DNA of 64,000 nt from Catajapyx aquilonaris (Eukaryota), in contig KZ538090.1 of assembly GCA_000934665.2 (NCBI GenBank), positions 62,001 to 126,000 of the forward strand, written 5' to 3'. The position numbers were made by a program, and so were the translations under genes. A model generated the notes under the pieces. It was not told the origin of the DNA, did no database searches, and saw only the letters and a list, made by a program, of their open reading frames with translations. Position 1 is the first letter of the stretch, and every line of letters begins with the position of its first letter. Below are positions 13,837 through 27,314 of this stretch, piece after piece.

Positions 13837-14056
13837 ATGTTTGGAAAACGCCTCTGTGACGCTCCCCTTATTACATGTCCTTTTTTGATTTACAAGGGAG
13901 GGAGATCGGGTACACATTTTTGTACACATATGAGGGTTGGGGAAAGGAGAAGGGTAACATTGGCACATGTCCCACACATGTTCCACGCATGTCCCATTCA
14001 TGCTTCATTCATGATACGCACATGAGCACTGTTGAGGCCATGTGCGTGGCCTACTG

Positions 14057-17000
14057 TCATTTTAGGTACCTGGAAAATGAAAATAAACATTAATTTCATT
14101 GAGCATGTGCTGATATGGTCAGAATCTATAAATCTAACATTTGTTCAGTAGTTTAAAATTAGAAACCAACTCCTAAAAATGATATCGGTACAGTACCGTA
14201 TGGGGCAGTAGGCCCAATTATTTACTTGACCATACTGGGCAGAAAGATACTGTATACTGATATGCCAATTAGAGCCTTACAACAAAGATCATTATTTTGG
14301 TTACAATAGTACAAAATTATATTTATCACTTGAAGTCATTTAAGTTACACTGACTTACTACATGTAGAGACTATTTTGTACTGTGTCTTCATTTTCCACT
14401 GTATCTAAGTAATTGTTAGTAGTCAATGATGCATAAGTTACTTTGTCTACACAGATTAGGGCCTTAAATGTGATACATACTTGGCTGCCCAGTCTGTTCT
14501 CCCATGCATCCCAGCACTGGGCCTTCCACCTACAGGTGCGACAGATGCTGCTGAATACGTATTGTATATTTTCTGGCCAACATTTGTCCCAGACAGGCCA
14601 ATGCCAGAGCCTAGTGCATGGTGCCTAGCATGATGTGAGGCTGCTGACGCATGGTGGTGGTGGTTGTACATGGCATTTTTGGTGCTCTGACCAGCCACAT
14701 ATCTCGACCTGGCCATGTAATGCTGCTTCGCCGTCACCATCCCTGAACCCTGCCTGGAGTCATAACGTGTTCCTGCCATGCTCTGCCGCCCATCTTTCTC
14801 CCCAGCTTCTGCCATACTTCCCAGGAAGTCTTCACTAGCCCTCCTCCTATTATTTTCTTGGTGATGTGACAAGAGACTACCACCGTTTTGTTGATTGCTC
14901 ATCATGCCATTGTGCTGGGCAGTGCCATGCTTCTGGGCCACCTGGAAGTAGGGATACCTGTACAGGTACCCACGTATTAGTACCATGCACATTAATATTA
15001 TGTCAATCAACCTCTGAAAAGCATCATTTTATGTTGCCAGTAAGAAAACGAGTACGGTGTGAGGATTTAAAAGTGCATCCAACCTGAGTGACTGCTGTGC
15101 ATTGGGCCTCTTGTTGGGGTTCCACCTGAGCATGTCTGTCATTATGTCGATGGCCTCCTGGCAGGCATTGGGTATGAGATGTGACAGCGGCGTTGCAGAA
15201 AACTGCGGGAACTTGAAGTTCATGGCTGCTGCCAGCTGGTACCCCTCAGACCATTCCCTCCTGTCAGGAGTCCCCAGCACTGAGCAGATCTTGAATATCT
15301 CGTCGATCTCACTGTTGCCGGGAAACAATGGCCTGAATGTGTACAGCTCTGCCATGATGCATCCCACTGCCCACATGTCAATGGGGCTGCTGTAGGTGGT
15401 TGAGTGCAGCAACACTTCTGGGGCACGGTACCACCGAGTGGATACATAGTCTGTGTAGGGTGGCCGGGACCGGATCTCTCTGGCCAGGCCAAAGTCTGCT
15501 ATCTTGACTAGCTCAGGACCCATACACAGCAAGTTCTCAGGCTTCATGTCTCGATGGAAGAAGCCATGCTTGTGCATGAAGGCCAGCCCCTGCAGGACCT
15601 GGTACATCATGTTGCGGATTATTGGTTCCGGAAACAGTTTCTCCCTGTGGGAAAGTGGTTTTATTATAAGGAGAAGTATAATGAGATCATAATTTTTAAC
15701 CTTCGCTGAATTAACTACATCATCACTTTCTGATGTATGAATTATCAAGAGCTCTTGGAATTATTCAGGAATTGTTATTGTAACTCAATTCATGTTGTAT
15801 GTCATTGCTAACAATTTGGAGAGATGTGATTTATACACAATAAGGTCCAATAACATGTCCAATTAAATATGGTAGAAATGCTTAAATTGAATGATGAGCA
15901 CTCACTGGCACTTACACACAACAAGGTGAGAGCTTACATTGGCCGCTCAAGTAGAGGCCATACAAATTGGTTTCTTGTGAGGTAGAGAAGAACCGAAGGT
16001 CAAGAACTGGTCGAATATGTTGCAATATGCATAGATGTCAACTAACTGGATGAGAACCATCAGGACGGAGCTCCCTGTTCTTTTAATTTTGCAGTACTCC
16101 ATACGTTTGATTATTAATAACCACTGTAACTTTGCTGTTACTGATGGGCTCTGGATGTCTCGTTTTTCAAAAGCACGACCCTTCAGTTTGTATTTTTAAA
16201 TATTGTGACAGGGTAACCTGCAGAGGCGGATGAGTTATTGGAAAGCCCAAGGAAAGCCTATTGCATATGGCTGTGTTTGCAAGCTCTTAAGGCTCCCGCT
16301 TATTTACCTTCCTAAAATTCACTTTTATCAATCCCAAGTGATAAAAGCCTGCTGCACATCCTTGTGTTAGATTATTATTAGAATCAAAGTAAGCAATGTA
16401 GGCCTACTGAAGAGGATCACATTATACTTGCAAAATATTTGACGTTCTCCTACTCTAATGAGATAGATAACCACTATGGCACATAGGAACAGCTGTGAAC
16501 ATTATTAATTTTTCTGCAATACTAACCCTTTCTCATACCGATCCTTCATCAGCTGGTACAGATTCTCCTTCATGTACTCGAACACAAAGTAGAGAGTGTC
16601 ATTCTCTCTGATCACTTCCTTCAACTTCACCACATTAGCATGACTCAACTTCTTCAGCGACTGAAACAAATAAGTATAGACAACATGTGCGTTTTGAAAA
16701 GGGGGTTAAGAAAAGGTTATGACCCGCCCGATGTTTATTAACCCCAATTTTTTTTTCCAGAAGAAGTCAGCCGCTCACGCAAAGACCATATACAGTATCT
16801 TGAAGGGGGGGGGGGCTTATCTGTCCCCAATTTGTGTGGGGTGCTTTGTGAGGTGACGGTGTTTCTCCAGCAATTCGGTTATGTGACAACTAGTTAACTG
16901 AGCCAATCTGATTTATTTTTATTCCTGCTACTGCATGCCCTCTTTGCCCCCCAGATAAATAATAATCGGGTATAACAACACGCAACCCCTTTCCTCCCAT

Positions 17001-20000
17001 CATTCTATATACCCCCACCTACAGCCATTCCAAGCATTGCATGCCCCAACCCTCACTAGAACACGAATAGATCAATGGTGCGTGTTTCCAGCTACCGTGC
17101 GACAGACATGGCAACCATGTACTGGTCAAACAAAATTTCCAGCGAAAGACCCATTGTTGCACATATGCCACCTTTTCCAAGGACGCGATAATACCGCCAT
17201 TACAACCTTATTCTGACCCAACCACCCCACAGCCCAAGCAGGTCATGTAGTATTCAAAGCACTGTAGATGGCCAAGTGAGATTGCATCATGCAGGAATTG
17301 ATGCCAGGTGAATATGGTACAACAAATGGATCAATTCCAACCCCCCCCCCCCCCCACCCCTGGTCGTTCCGATGTCCTTACGTAAAGGCATAATTTCGCA
17401 TGCATGTGTCGGTGGGGTAGACCGTGACCCTAATTGCCTGTCGTTGGGCTCACCGCTGGGAAGACATGCAAACTAAGGAACGGGGTATATGAAAGCGTGG
17501 TACTGTGCGCAAAATGAGGATGAATTTTTTGGCAGGATTCCTATAACACTGACCTTTACTTCCCTGAGGTTCATAGCCTCTTCCCACGAATAGTATTTCC
17601 TCTTCATCCTGCAAAGGAAATGGAAATGGAGGATTATATATGGTTGGTATTTTTGGATGGAGGTATACGCATGGTGCACTATGAAAGAATACGTAAATAC
17701 ACCTACACAGGGTGTAAAATGAAAAACGCGCAAAAACCAGTATAATATTACTGGTATTTTGCGTTTTTTAAGACACCCTACGGTGTGACAAGTAACCATA
17801 AGCTTGTAGCGGTTGAAACTTCCAAAGTAAATAAAGGTCTACTGTCGATACTAGTTTCTTTCAGTCCATTTTTTTCGCCTACGCAGCACTGGTTCTAGGA
17901 ATACTCTTAGTTGAATTCTTCATAACTCCCTATTCTTTCCTTTTCGTACTTATCAGTGGTCAAAAATACCGCGGTTGTCCGCAAGCATGCATTTAACATG
18001 TCATTACCAAATGAGTCTGAATTGTATACAATAATTCTATATGTGAAGAAAATATTGATGTACGACCCGTATAAGGCCGTAATATTACGTAAATCTGACA
18101 ACTGGGGTAATTTGTTGTCTTTGAAAGCAATGGAATTGATTACGTACTTCCCTATACTACTTCATATTGAATTTTTTCGACACGCATAGAAATACTGCAC
18201 GCATTGTGTTATCGGACTGCGCATGCAAATATTTCATTTTAAAATGCGTCAAAAAACGACTCGACTCGCAGCAAATATTCTACGCTGTGCACATGTGAAT
18301 AAGATATAAGGAACTGGAGCAAATAAACGCGTGCTTTTGTAACTGTCGATCTGATAACTCACTTGTCGCCTCATAAAATTCACCTGCTCTATACTTCGAC
18401 AAACGTACATATTTAATAATATTTGTCGCTGTATACTGGTCGTTTGGCACTTTTTGTACTGTATATCCACGTGCACTTGAGCATAGCGTGATAACAACAC
18501 ACCATGAACTATTGATAAGACCTGAAGTTCCGGACACGAGTTACGGCCTATTCTCAAATATACATTTTTTTTGTGTATTAGGTTGGGCCATACACGGCGG
18601 AAACGATTGTGAACTGTCCTTGAATCAGAATCGAAGGACCTAATTGATGACCTTCCTTCAGCACAGCAGTCAATGCGGGGAAAAATTCGGGAATTCCGAA
18701 TAATCCATAATTTGTTATCATAGCTCTCTAGAATGTGCTGCGTCGTAAACGGACTGAAAATAACGATACACAGTATACTGCACACCTGATAATTATCTGA
18801 ACGTTTGCCAGTTAATTATATCTATCCAACACTGTGAGCGAATAGACACGCATTTGACTAAATTTACCTGTAGGCGTATATACAGCAGGTTCATGCACTC
18901 CAACAGCACCAATACAAAAGCGGGCATTATACTGTAATTCAAAGTTAGTATTGAAGGTCATGGACTATAGTATACATCGATTTTTCCACCAACTAAAATC
19001 AGATTTGGCTGCACACCTGCAAACCCATACCGTGAATGTTCCAGCGGTTGAGAACCTCAGTTTCAATCAACTGTCAAAATCAAAAATAAATCCGGTTATA
19101 AATATTGCACATCCCATACAGTGCATGCAAAAATAAAGCTCAGTGAGTAGTGAAAATAGTGGATGGTGCCATTGCATTGCACGAACTATGACCAGGATGA
19201 AAAATAGTACAAACAACTTTATATGCACAGTAAGGGTGTAAGAACTTACTTCTTAATAGCCACCTTTTCACCGGTTTCAAGATTAACTCCCAGGTTGACT
19301 TCTCCGTAAGTCCCATCCCCAACTTTTCCAACGACTCTAAATCTTCTCATCTCTCTCTTTTGACAAAATCCTTCTCCGGTTGCCAGGAAAGGAGTGTTTA
19401 ACAGTACGGGTGAGGAAAGCTCACACGGTGCATCAGTGCAACACAAGTGCAGGAAGACATCGTGTAGTGACACCACGGGCTACCTGCAGAATCACAGGTT
19501 AGACATCAGTTGGGTGTGCTCATGCAAATATTCGCATTTTTTTCAGACACATAAGTTGAGCACTGTGACATGATCGATCTCAATTGCAAATTCATTGATT
19601 TAATAACAGTTGGGTGGGGTTGAAGTCACGTCTCTCAGCACACAGTTCGTTGAACCTCATATTTATTAAGGAAGCGCACATGTTAAAGCACAAGTGTGTC
19701 GCACACGCATTGTTCCTGTGTCTCCAATAGATGGTGAGATAGCCTCGCATTAAATCGTGCACGTCGTGATGCGTGACTAGCGTGGGTTGCAACTAGTCTA
19801 CACGTAAATGGATGCGTTTGCTCACGAAACCAATGCACACCTCTTTTTGCTTCACGTTTTATACTATATGTTCGTCAATATTGACTACAGGCTGCATTGA
19901 CACCCGAATATTTCCTAGCAACAATATCTCCTAATTTCAGCGCTGCCCATTATCCAACTGGACTTTGTACCCTTATATGAAAAGTATTGGGAACAGAGCT

Positions 20001-21207
20001 TTACGACAGTGTCGTGACAGCGTGAAAAATTTATTTATGTGCCAACCCCTTTGAACTTTACAGTTGTGGCTGATTGCCCTCTAATAAATCTATAAGGTGG
20101 ATTTTCTGCAATCATGTCAGTTATACTGTAATGCAACCTGAATTCAGGGCATTCGTGAAATGACAGCTGCGAATTTCCAAATGCGTTATCGAAACGTTAT
20201 CTAACCCTTGTGCCCAATAATTAATATGATTAAGCAATGCAGATGCAAATGCCAGAGTAATATTCAATAAGTTGGCGATATGTCGTAATGAACACTGATA
20301 CCACATTGAGACCAATTTAGAATCCTATACATATGTTATGACAATAATCAGATCAAATTCCCAGTACTGTACCGCAGAAATCGTTACCGAAACAGACCGA
20401 AGAAATGCGCTTGATATTCCGCTGACCTGACCTTATCTCAATTTAGGCAAAATGATCTGCACGACAGGAAATACAGCTCCAGATTCGTAGGAATACAGTT
20501 GGAATGCTGACAAGAATAGCGGTAGGCTATAACAAACAGCCAGAGTGTAACACTGGAAACGATGCAACGTACACTTGAGAGGTAAGAATGAAACCTCTGC
20601 TGAAATAAAGAGAAGAAGCAACCAGGATTGGGTGATTCGTACCATGTGACCAGCAGCCTGCAACCATATAATATAGGCCTATCTCAAAATCAGTACAATT
20701 TTGTTACCGCGATGTAACATGCTAGCTCTTTCAAATCGATGTATTACAACATGTCACAAACTTTGTTAAAATTAGAATATGGAACTTTCCCATATCGGTG
20801 CACCCACACGCTATATCATCTCTGGAAATATCAACCGTGCATCGCAGTATAGGATCCGATCCGATCAACATTTTGTCAATGAAAAATTGATAATCACATT
20901 GCATAATTTTTATTCACTTAATTATTTTAATGCTTCAAACATTTCATACGCAGGCCCGCTTCCCATTTAAATGCAAGCTTGCTCAAAAAGTGGTACCTGA
21001 TCGGATAGGATCGAACCAGCAGCCATCACTCAAGACACACACACACAAACAGAGGGTGAACCAACACTGATCGTTGCACCCAAATCACTTGGTTCCTTAC
21101 CGCTTGATGGCGACCTTTTCACCAGTGTCCACTCTCTGTCCCAGTGAAACGGATCCGTATGTCCCGTCCCCGAGGGGATTCAGCGTGACGTACCGATTCA
21201 TCTTCAT
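14057..21207 (-). CDS. MAK: MAK/ICK (CILK1, DYF-5-like) RCK-family Ser/Thr kinase
   Basis: First coding exon A 21101-21207 ([36 protein letters not shown]) or B 19250-19350. Shared exons 17554-17608, 16539-16660, 15084-15644 ([27 protein letters not shown]), 14481-14957 and 14057-14069, giving the C-terminus [10 protein letters not shown]. Confidence 0.95.
17708..17781. mobile_element. Tiny Tc1-like hairpin MITE remnant
   Basis: cagggtgt...aaaaacgcgcaaaaaccagta is mirrored by tactggtattttgcgtttttt...acaccct. Confidence 0.5.
19250..19350 (-). CDS. Alternative first coding exon B of the MAK/ICK kinase
   Basis: Encodes [33 protein letters not shown] and ends AA|GTAAGT, a phase-2 donor matching exon A. 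Confidence 0.85.
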
Positions 21208-21559
21208 TTGATCGCACTGATTGCTGTCCGAGAAGCCTCCACAGCTTCTCTTTCTCTCAACCCCCCGATCAACAATGCGCGCCGGCCCTCCTCAACACTC
21301 GAGGACACATGTTCTTGCAGGGTCCACCGAAACAAGTCCTCCACTTTTCTGGTCACCTCAGTTTGTGGCACACTGATCGATCACATCGATCCCTTCCCCA
21401 GCCCCTCTTGAACCCCACCCACTTGGTCCTCATGCAGGTACAGGTGCCCCCGTACAGGTAAGCTCATAAGCTGCTTCTGCCCCATTGCTGACAACCTTCC
21501 TCAATGGCTGGAAACAAACCCCTCTCGGCCTCCCCCTCCAACCATCCCCCCTCGATATA

Positions 21560-21573
21560 GTTGCTATGGGGAC
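21560..21573. promoter_or_regulatory. RFX X-box upstream of MAK exon A
   Basis: GTTGCTATGGGGAC (reverse complement GTCCCCATAGCAAC), about 350 bp upstream of the ATG; fits the X-box consensus. Confidence 0.65.
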
Positions 21574-24452
21574 CGATCACAACCCAAGCCCACAACACAT
21601 GACGGACCTACACCACGCTACATACGTACCCAGCAGTATTACAACTGCTGCCCACTGCTCTGTACTGTATATAGGTGGTGCCTGGCCAATGTCAAGGCTA
21701 AGGGTACCTTTTTTAGCCGCACTTCCCACAGGACGTGGCCATTGATTAATCAATCTTTTTGGGCCATGTTACATGCAAGTCCTTCCGATGTCGTACTGCC
21801 CTAATGGATATGAGAGTTGAGGGGAAGTATGGTCGAATGGACGGGATTATATGTGGGCAATAACGCAATTAAATTGATTCCGATGACAGGAGGGCCATAT
21901 TGTATGGCAATAAACATCCAGAGCGGAAGTGTTGAATGACCCTGTCATTACTCTGCTTTTTTAAATGTCAAAGATTTATAGGGAAAGTCAAGGGGAAAGT
22001 ATAGAGGGACACTCAGCAAATTGGCAATGAGAATCTTCTTTGCATAATTATTTGCCCTCTGGGTATGGACCACAAGCTTTCATCCTGGCAGTTAGATGAC
22101 CTAAGAGCCTCTACTGTTCAACGGGAGGTGCGTAAATCAGGAGCTTCTGCCCCTGATACACGCACTTCCCGGTGAACAATTGAGCAATTAGCAATTAGGT
22201 TAGCAAACTGATCTGGATACAAGTACCTAGCATTTAGCACGAACATTGCAATTATAAATGAGCTGAAGTCCATTTTTTCTGACAAAACTGTAAATGGTGA
22301 AAATGTACTAATTAAGTCACAGTGCACATGAAAATCATGTTAATGGCAGTTGACAATATTGTTGCGTGTTTTGTTTTTAAAGAAAATTACAGGTGGGGCA
22401 GCTAACAGGAGGTGGCTTTTTACTGAAGCGAGACATTTGGATTCCGACATGCAAAATTGGGGAACGAAGAAGAATTAGGGGGACGTAATATGTCATTTGC
22501 TCCGCTCGTGATTTCGGGCCATAAATCATAATCACAAAATTATTGAATGCCTTTAACAGTTCGACATAAAGGAGGCGCGATTCTGTGTACTGCGACAGCC
22601 AACGTACGGAACATGTTAAAAGTTTAAAAGCGTCCAAGCTGTTATCCACGGGCTTATGCTATTAGGAAATATAAATCAGATGAAAATAAATTAACGTGGG
22701 GAATACCTATTATTAACTGGATATTAATATAACAGGAAAAATATTCAATATAATGTACCATGTCGTGATATAAACCCATGGCACTTGGCTACGTTCGAAA
22801 ACACCCCCAATATCAGTAAATATTTTACTAAGGCCATACACCTACGGCTTTTAAATATTTAGCTCCCCTTATCTATATAGCCTGTCACTATAGCGTCAGA
22901 GTACAGTTATCACGCTCAAACGTACACTTATGCTGCCATTGCATGGAGAGATACTAAAATGTATAGCGCCTTTTCATGCTAGATAGTTATGACTCTGGGG
23001 CTGTTTCGTTCATAAAAACCTTGCATTAGTTTTTTGCTGCACCGGTCCCCTATTTGTAAATGCACAGTAAATAATGTAATAGCGTCAGTAGAAGGTTGGA
23101 TATCTAGCTACAAAATAAGTAAGCTGCGCATGTATAAGTATAACATTCATCTTGTAATATGTGTAAAATTAATTCGATTATTTATTAACACGGGCTGCCT
23201 TGAACCCATTAGTTTGTGACTACTTCCAAGATTATTATTGGAAAATTGAATTTCTATATTATCATATTAGAGTGTGCTTTATCCTATGCCAGATTAGAAA
23301 GTAGCATAATACCACTCGGTGTAAGAGCGCCTTACACTGGCCTTGAACACTCGATTTCGACCGTGCAGCCAGTGGTGTACTTGTGTAACACCAGAGTTTA
23401 CTACACTGTAATAAATGAATGGATCGAGTTTACCTAAACCACTCCCTCAGCTCCCCCTGCACGGAATATTCAAATTCAGTGCTTACACTGGCGATACACC
23501 AACGTTACACCGGATCATATACACATAGACTGATTGGGTTCCCATGAATTCAGGCAGGACCATGTGCTAATTGGTTTTTGCTATTAAAAATGCTCATCCC
23601 CCAGCTGTTTATGTATGTCTTCCCGGTTACGGTATAACTACAAAAGCATAAAATATTTTCTCTGTACTTTAGCCACTTTCTACAACCTTATGAACAGGAA
23701 CTAGCGAAGAATTTATTTTTCCTGAAGACTTCAGATGTCAAGATATGTCCACCTAGCCGATTCAGCCAGTACAGCACGCTCACAGGTCATTGCAACATTT
23801 CCCCCAGCCCTCTCCCACCTCCCCCACTCCTCCAATTAAAACCTTCAGTAAGTCCCTCTCATTTATAATGGAGAGATTGATATTTCCCGCCCGTATCGAA
23901 GTGTGCCATCAGGACACAGGTGCTGCCACCTGCCTGCCTGCCACTTCGTCAATCTGAAACTCATTGGCGCACTTCAGATTTGACTTCTGCCACTTGAAGT
24001 GAGCCCGCCAGCCCACGACTGGTCCTGATAGGCTGAAAGTCCTACGTACAGGTGCCAAATATGATGTGCCTTTTCAAACAATTCAGAAAAACGATACTGG
24101 TAGTGAGACGATGGAATGGTCGTTCATGCCGTCCGCTTTTGGCAAAGTCAAATTATTGCGACTTGGACTTCTTGGAACTGCTTCTGGGACTTGAAGGGTC
24201 TGGAAGGGCAGTTGGGTAGAGCCTGCAGGGAAGAGGAACATGCAGGCAAAATGTGCCAGACAATTACAAATGCTTTGGGTACGTTAGGTAGTAATGCAGC
24301 TATTTACACCGTAAGGCGTATGACTAATTTTTCCTGCCATTTCCAGTATCTATAAATGCTTTCCTTTCAATTTACAGACCTGCGTGTAGTACAGTCAAGT
24401 CTGTTGCTGGTCAGGAGAGTGCAACCTTAATGGAAGACACTATACATGGAAC

Positions 24453-26719
24453 ATGCTGCGTTCACTTTGCACTGGTACAATTTTGCGGTGCCTGACAAGG
24501 AATGCCGGTTCCGCACTCGTCCAGGCTGCAAAGTGCTCCACATATGACGTGACCCAGACTACCATATTGGTCCAAGAGGGCCTTGAAATACAGGAGGTGC
24601 CAGCTGCTGTTCTGAAAACCTCTCCACCGTCACTGCTCCTTTGTTCCAAGGATGGTGGCATCAATGGGATCCAGGACAGTGGAGGGCATGAACGCTGGAA
24701 GAAGCCTGAAAAGTTTAGGTCCATGTCCCAGGATGAACTGGAAGAGATGTGTGGTGGATTCAAACGATGCCACCAACCTAGAGATGTTTTCTTGCTGTTA
24801 GAAACTATGCCTGAGGAGGAGGTGGCACCACCAGTTGCTCTCCAAGCCTTAGCCAAATTGGTCGAGCTTGAGAACAACAAGCATTTTCGTAACTTACCCC
24901 GGCTGCACAATCCAAATGAGCACCTATTGGATGGCGAAATAAAGCCTGAAGGTGGATTTACAAGAGCAGCAATAGTCAAACAGCTTGTGGACATTATATG
25001 TTGTTCTGATGAACCCAGTGTTCTCATAAACACTCTCAAATGCATCTCTAAGGATGTCAGTTTGGAAGCATCACATCAACACAGAATATGTGACACCTTA
25101 CTTGTCCAGGTCAGTCAAGAGAAGCTGAGTCTGATGGAAATATGTGAGCTGGTTCGCCTGTTCTCTGGGCTTGAATTCCTGGGTACAGCGCAAGCTGATA
25201 AGTTGTGGGTTGGACTTGTTGACCGCCAATCAGATATTGTGTCGTCAAATTTGGCGTCAGTTGCTGAGACACTCCCTCATTTGGGGCAGTCTCAACAGCT
25301 TGTCTATTCTGTGGTTGAAAAAGCTGCAATGCAACTTTGGTGGCAAATGGAACCCGCACAGATGACGACATTGGCAACATCAGTGTGCCAATCTGGGTGT
25401 GCCACACTCCGACTGCTGTCTTCAATTGCACGTTGGCTCAGTGTCAACATACATCTGACAGGAGAACCTGAATTGCTGACAATAATAATCAGTCTGCACA
25501 TGTCAGGTTATTCAGACCACAACACTGAACACGCACTTGAACGGTATATGCGTGCCAGGGCCAACCTCATAAAGGACCCAGCACTGGTTGCTGCAGTGGC
25601 GAGCTATTGCCAACGGTTTAACATGCGTAATTCCACAATATTGGAGTCAATTGGCTCCTTCTTTATCAGCAATGCCAAACAGTGCAGTGCTGCGCACATT
25701 CACTCCATTGTGACTGCATTAGCGCACCTGGACTTTCACCCACTTGATGGGATATGCTTCTGGAAGACACTGGAGGAGGAGCTAGAGGAAAGGTTTGTCC
25801 AGTTCCAGCCTGGTGCTGCCGTGGACACCCTTCTTGGATGTGTGTTGCTGAGGAGGTATCCCATCAACCAGATGAGGAAAGTGATGAATCCGTTCTTCCT
25901 GGACCGCCTGCACCAGACCCGTGACTCATTGCAACTTGCCAGAGACAGGCTCAGGCTCAAGTTGTTGGACACGGCCATGGCCATCGAGTGCCCACACTAC
26001 TTTGGACCAATATTGCCACAGGTATCCTTCCATTGATTTTCAATGTGTCAAAGCACTGTTATATCAGTAGGTTCCTTCTACTTGTACAAAGGGATAGATT
26101 TGAAGCTGATTGTGTGACTGATTGTAAATCCGTGTGTAATCTTATGTGAATAACATGGATCAGCAATTTATGCGGTCAAGACAGCCCAGGAAACACACAA
26201 ACACACATATTGTGGCTGCACCATGGCTTTCTCTTTTTTAAAACTTATTTATGAACTTTTCTTTAGGAAACGCAGGCAAAATCCCTGTGGCAAGATGGGC
26301 GTGTACTCCGCTGTGTGAACATCGTGCGAGACCCTCTGTGTGAAATACTGGGTGGACCAGAGCGCTTCAGCACCCGTGCCCTTCTGGCCCACCTACCACT
26401 GGCAGAGACTTATGTTGTGGACATCTTGATTTATCCGTCAGGAGTTACCATCACATCCCTCACAGGCAGACCTGGTTTAGGTCTGAAGAATTCAGGCATG
26501 GTGGCTGTCCTGATCCATGTCCCAGAACACTTCTGTTCAGATGGGCGTACTCTAGTTGGGATGCAGCTTCTGAGGCACAGACATTTGAAGCTAATGGGGT
26601 TCAAAGTCATCACTCTCAGGATGGAAGACCTTACACACCTCAAGGTGCATCCCAGCAGACTTAGTGATCACCTTAGAACTGCTCTTAGTGAAGTGCTTTC
26701 TCTAGAGGGCATTAGCTAA
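24453..26719 (+). CDS. FAST kinase domain-containing mitochondrial RNA-binding protein (FASTKD family, C-terminal RAP domain)
   Basis: Exons 24453-26021 and 26267-26719. Arg-rich N-terminus resembling a mitochondrial presequence, a helical body, YPINQMRKVMNPFFL...LKLLDTAMAIEC, and RAP-like VAVLIHVPEHFCSDG...LRHRHLKLMGFKVI. The paralog could not be resolved. Confidence 0.82.
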
Positions 26720-27314
26720 TAGTGCACCATGTAGAACCAGCTGCGATGCATTAATATTGCTTTAAAACCAGACTGTGCTAGCATTACTAATTAAGAGGCA
26801 CAAATGAAACCTTTGAACCTGTTGGTCACTGTGAATACCTGGGCCCACTCACTTCTTTCTCGAGGTGATACACACGTAATGGCATGAAATGCCTCTCATT
26901 CAAACTTCTGTATGCTGCTGGCCCAGTGCAGAGCTCAACTTGCATCCCACCTGGGTAATTGAGGGGCTCCCAACAAGAGTGGTTCAAGTGCCAAAAAATA
27001 ATGATCGTCGCGATACGATCTTTCATGTGCAATGCTGGTTGTTGGGCAGAAAAATTGCTGGACAACTTGAACCGCAAAGATTCATATTTGATCACAAATG
27101 ACACCACAGTATGTCATTAACTTCAAGTCCATTTTCTCGGAAACAACATTTTGTGACTTTAACCACTCTTGTTGGGAGTCCCTCAATTATATTTTTGATT
27201 ATGCGAGAGGAATGGGCCAGTGAGGCAGATGGGAGTTTTGGGCATGGTACGCAGGGCAGCAGCCCTCACTGCCTCCTCAATGGCCAATCCCTTCCTTTCC
27301 CACAGCAGACAATA

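Noticed and set aside
17900..18790. 178-aa and 64-aa minus-strand ORFs in a MAK intron, as a possible nested gene
   Set aside because: No recognisable domain and no convincing splice chain; consistent with chance ORFs or decayed sequence.
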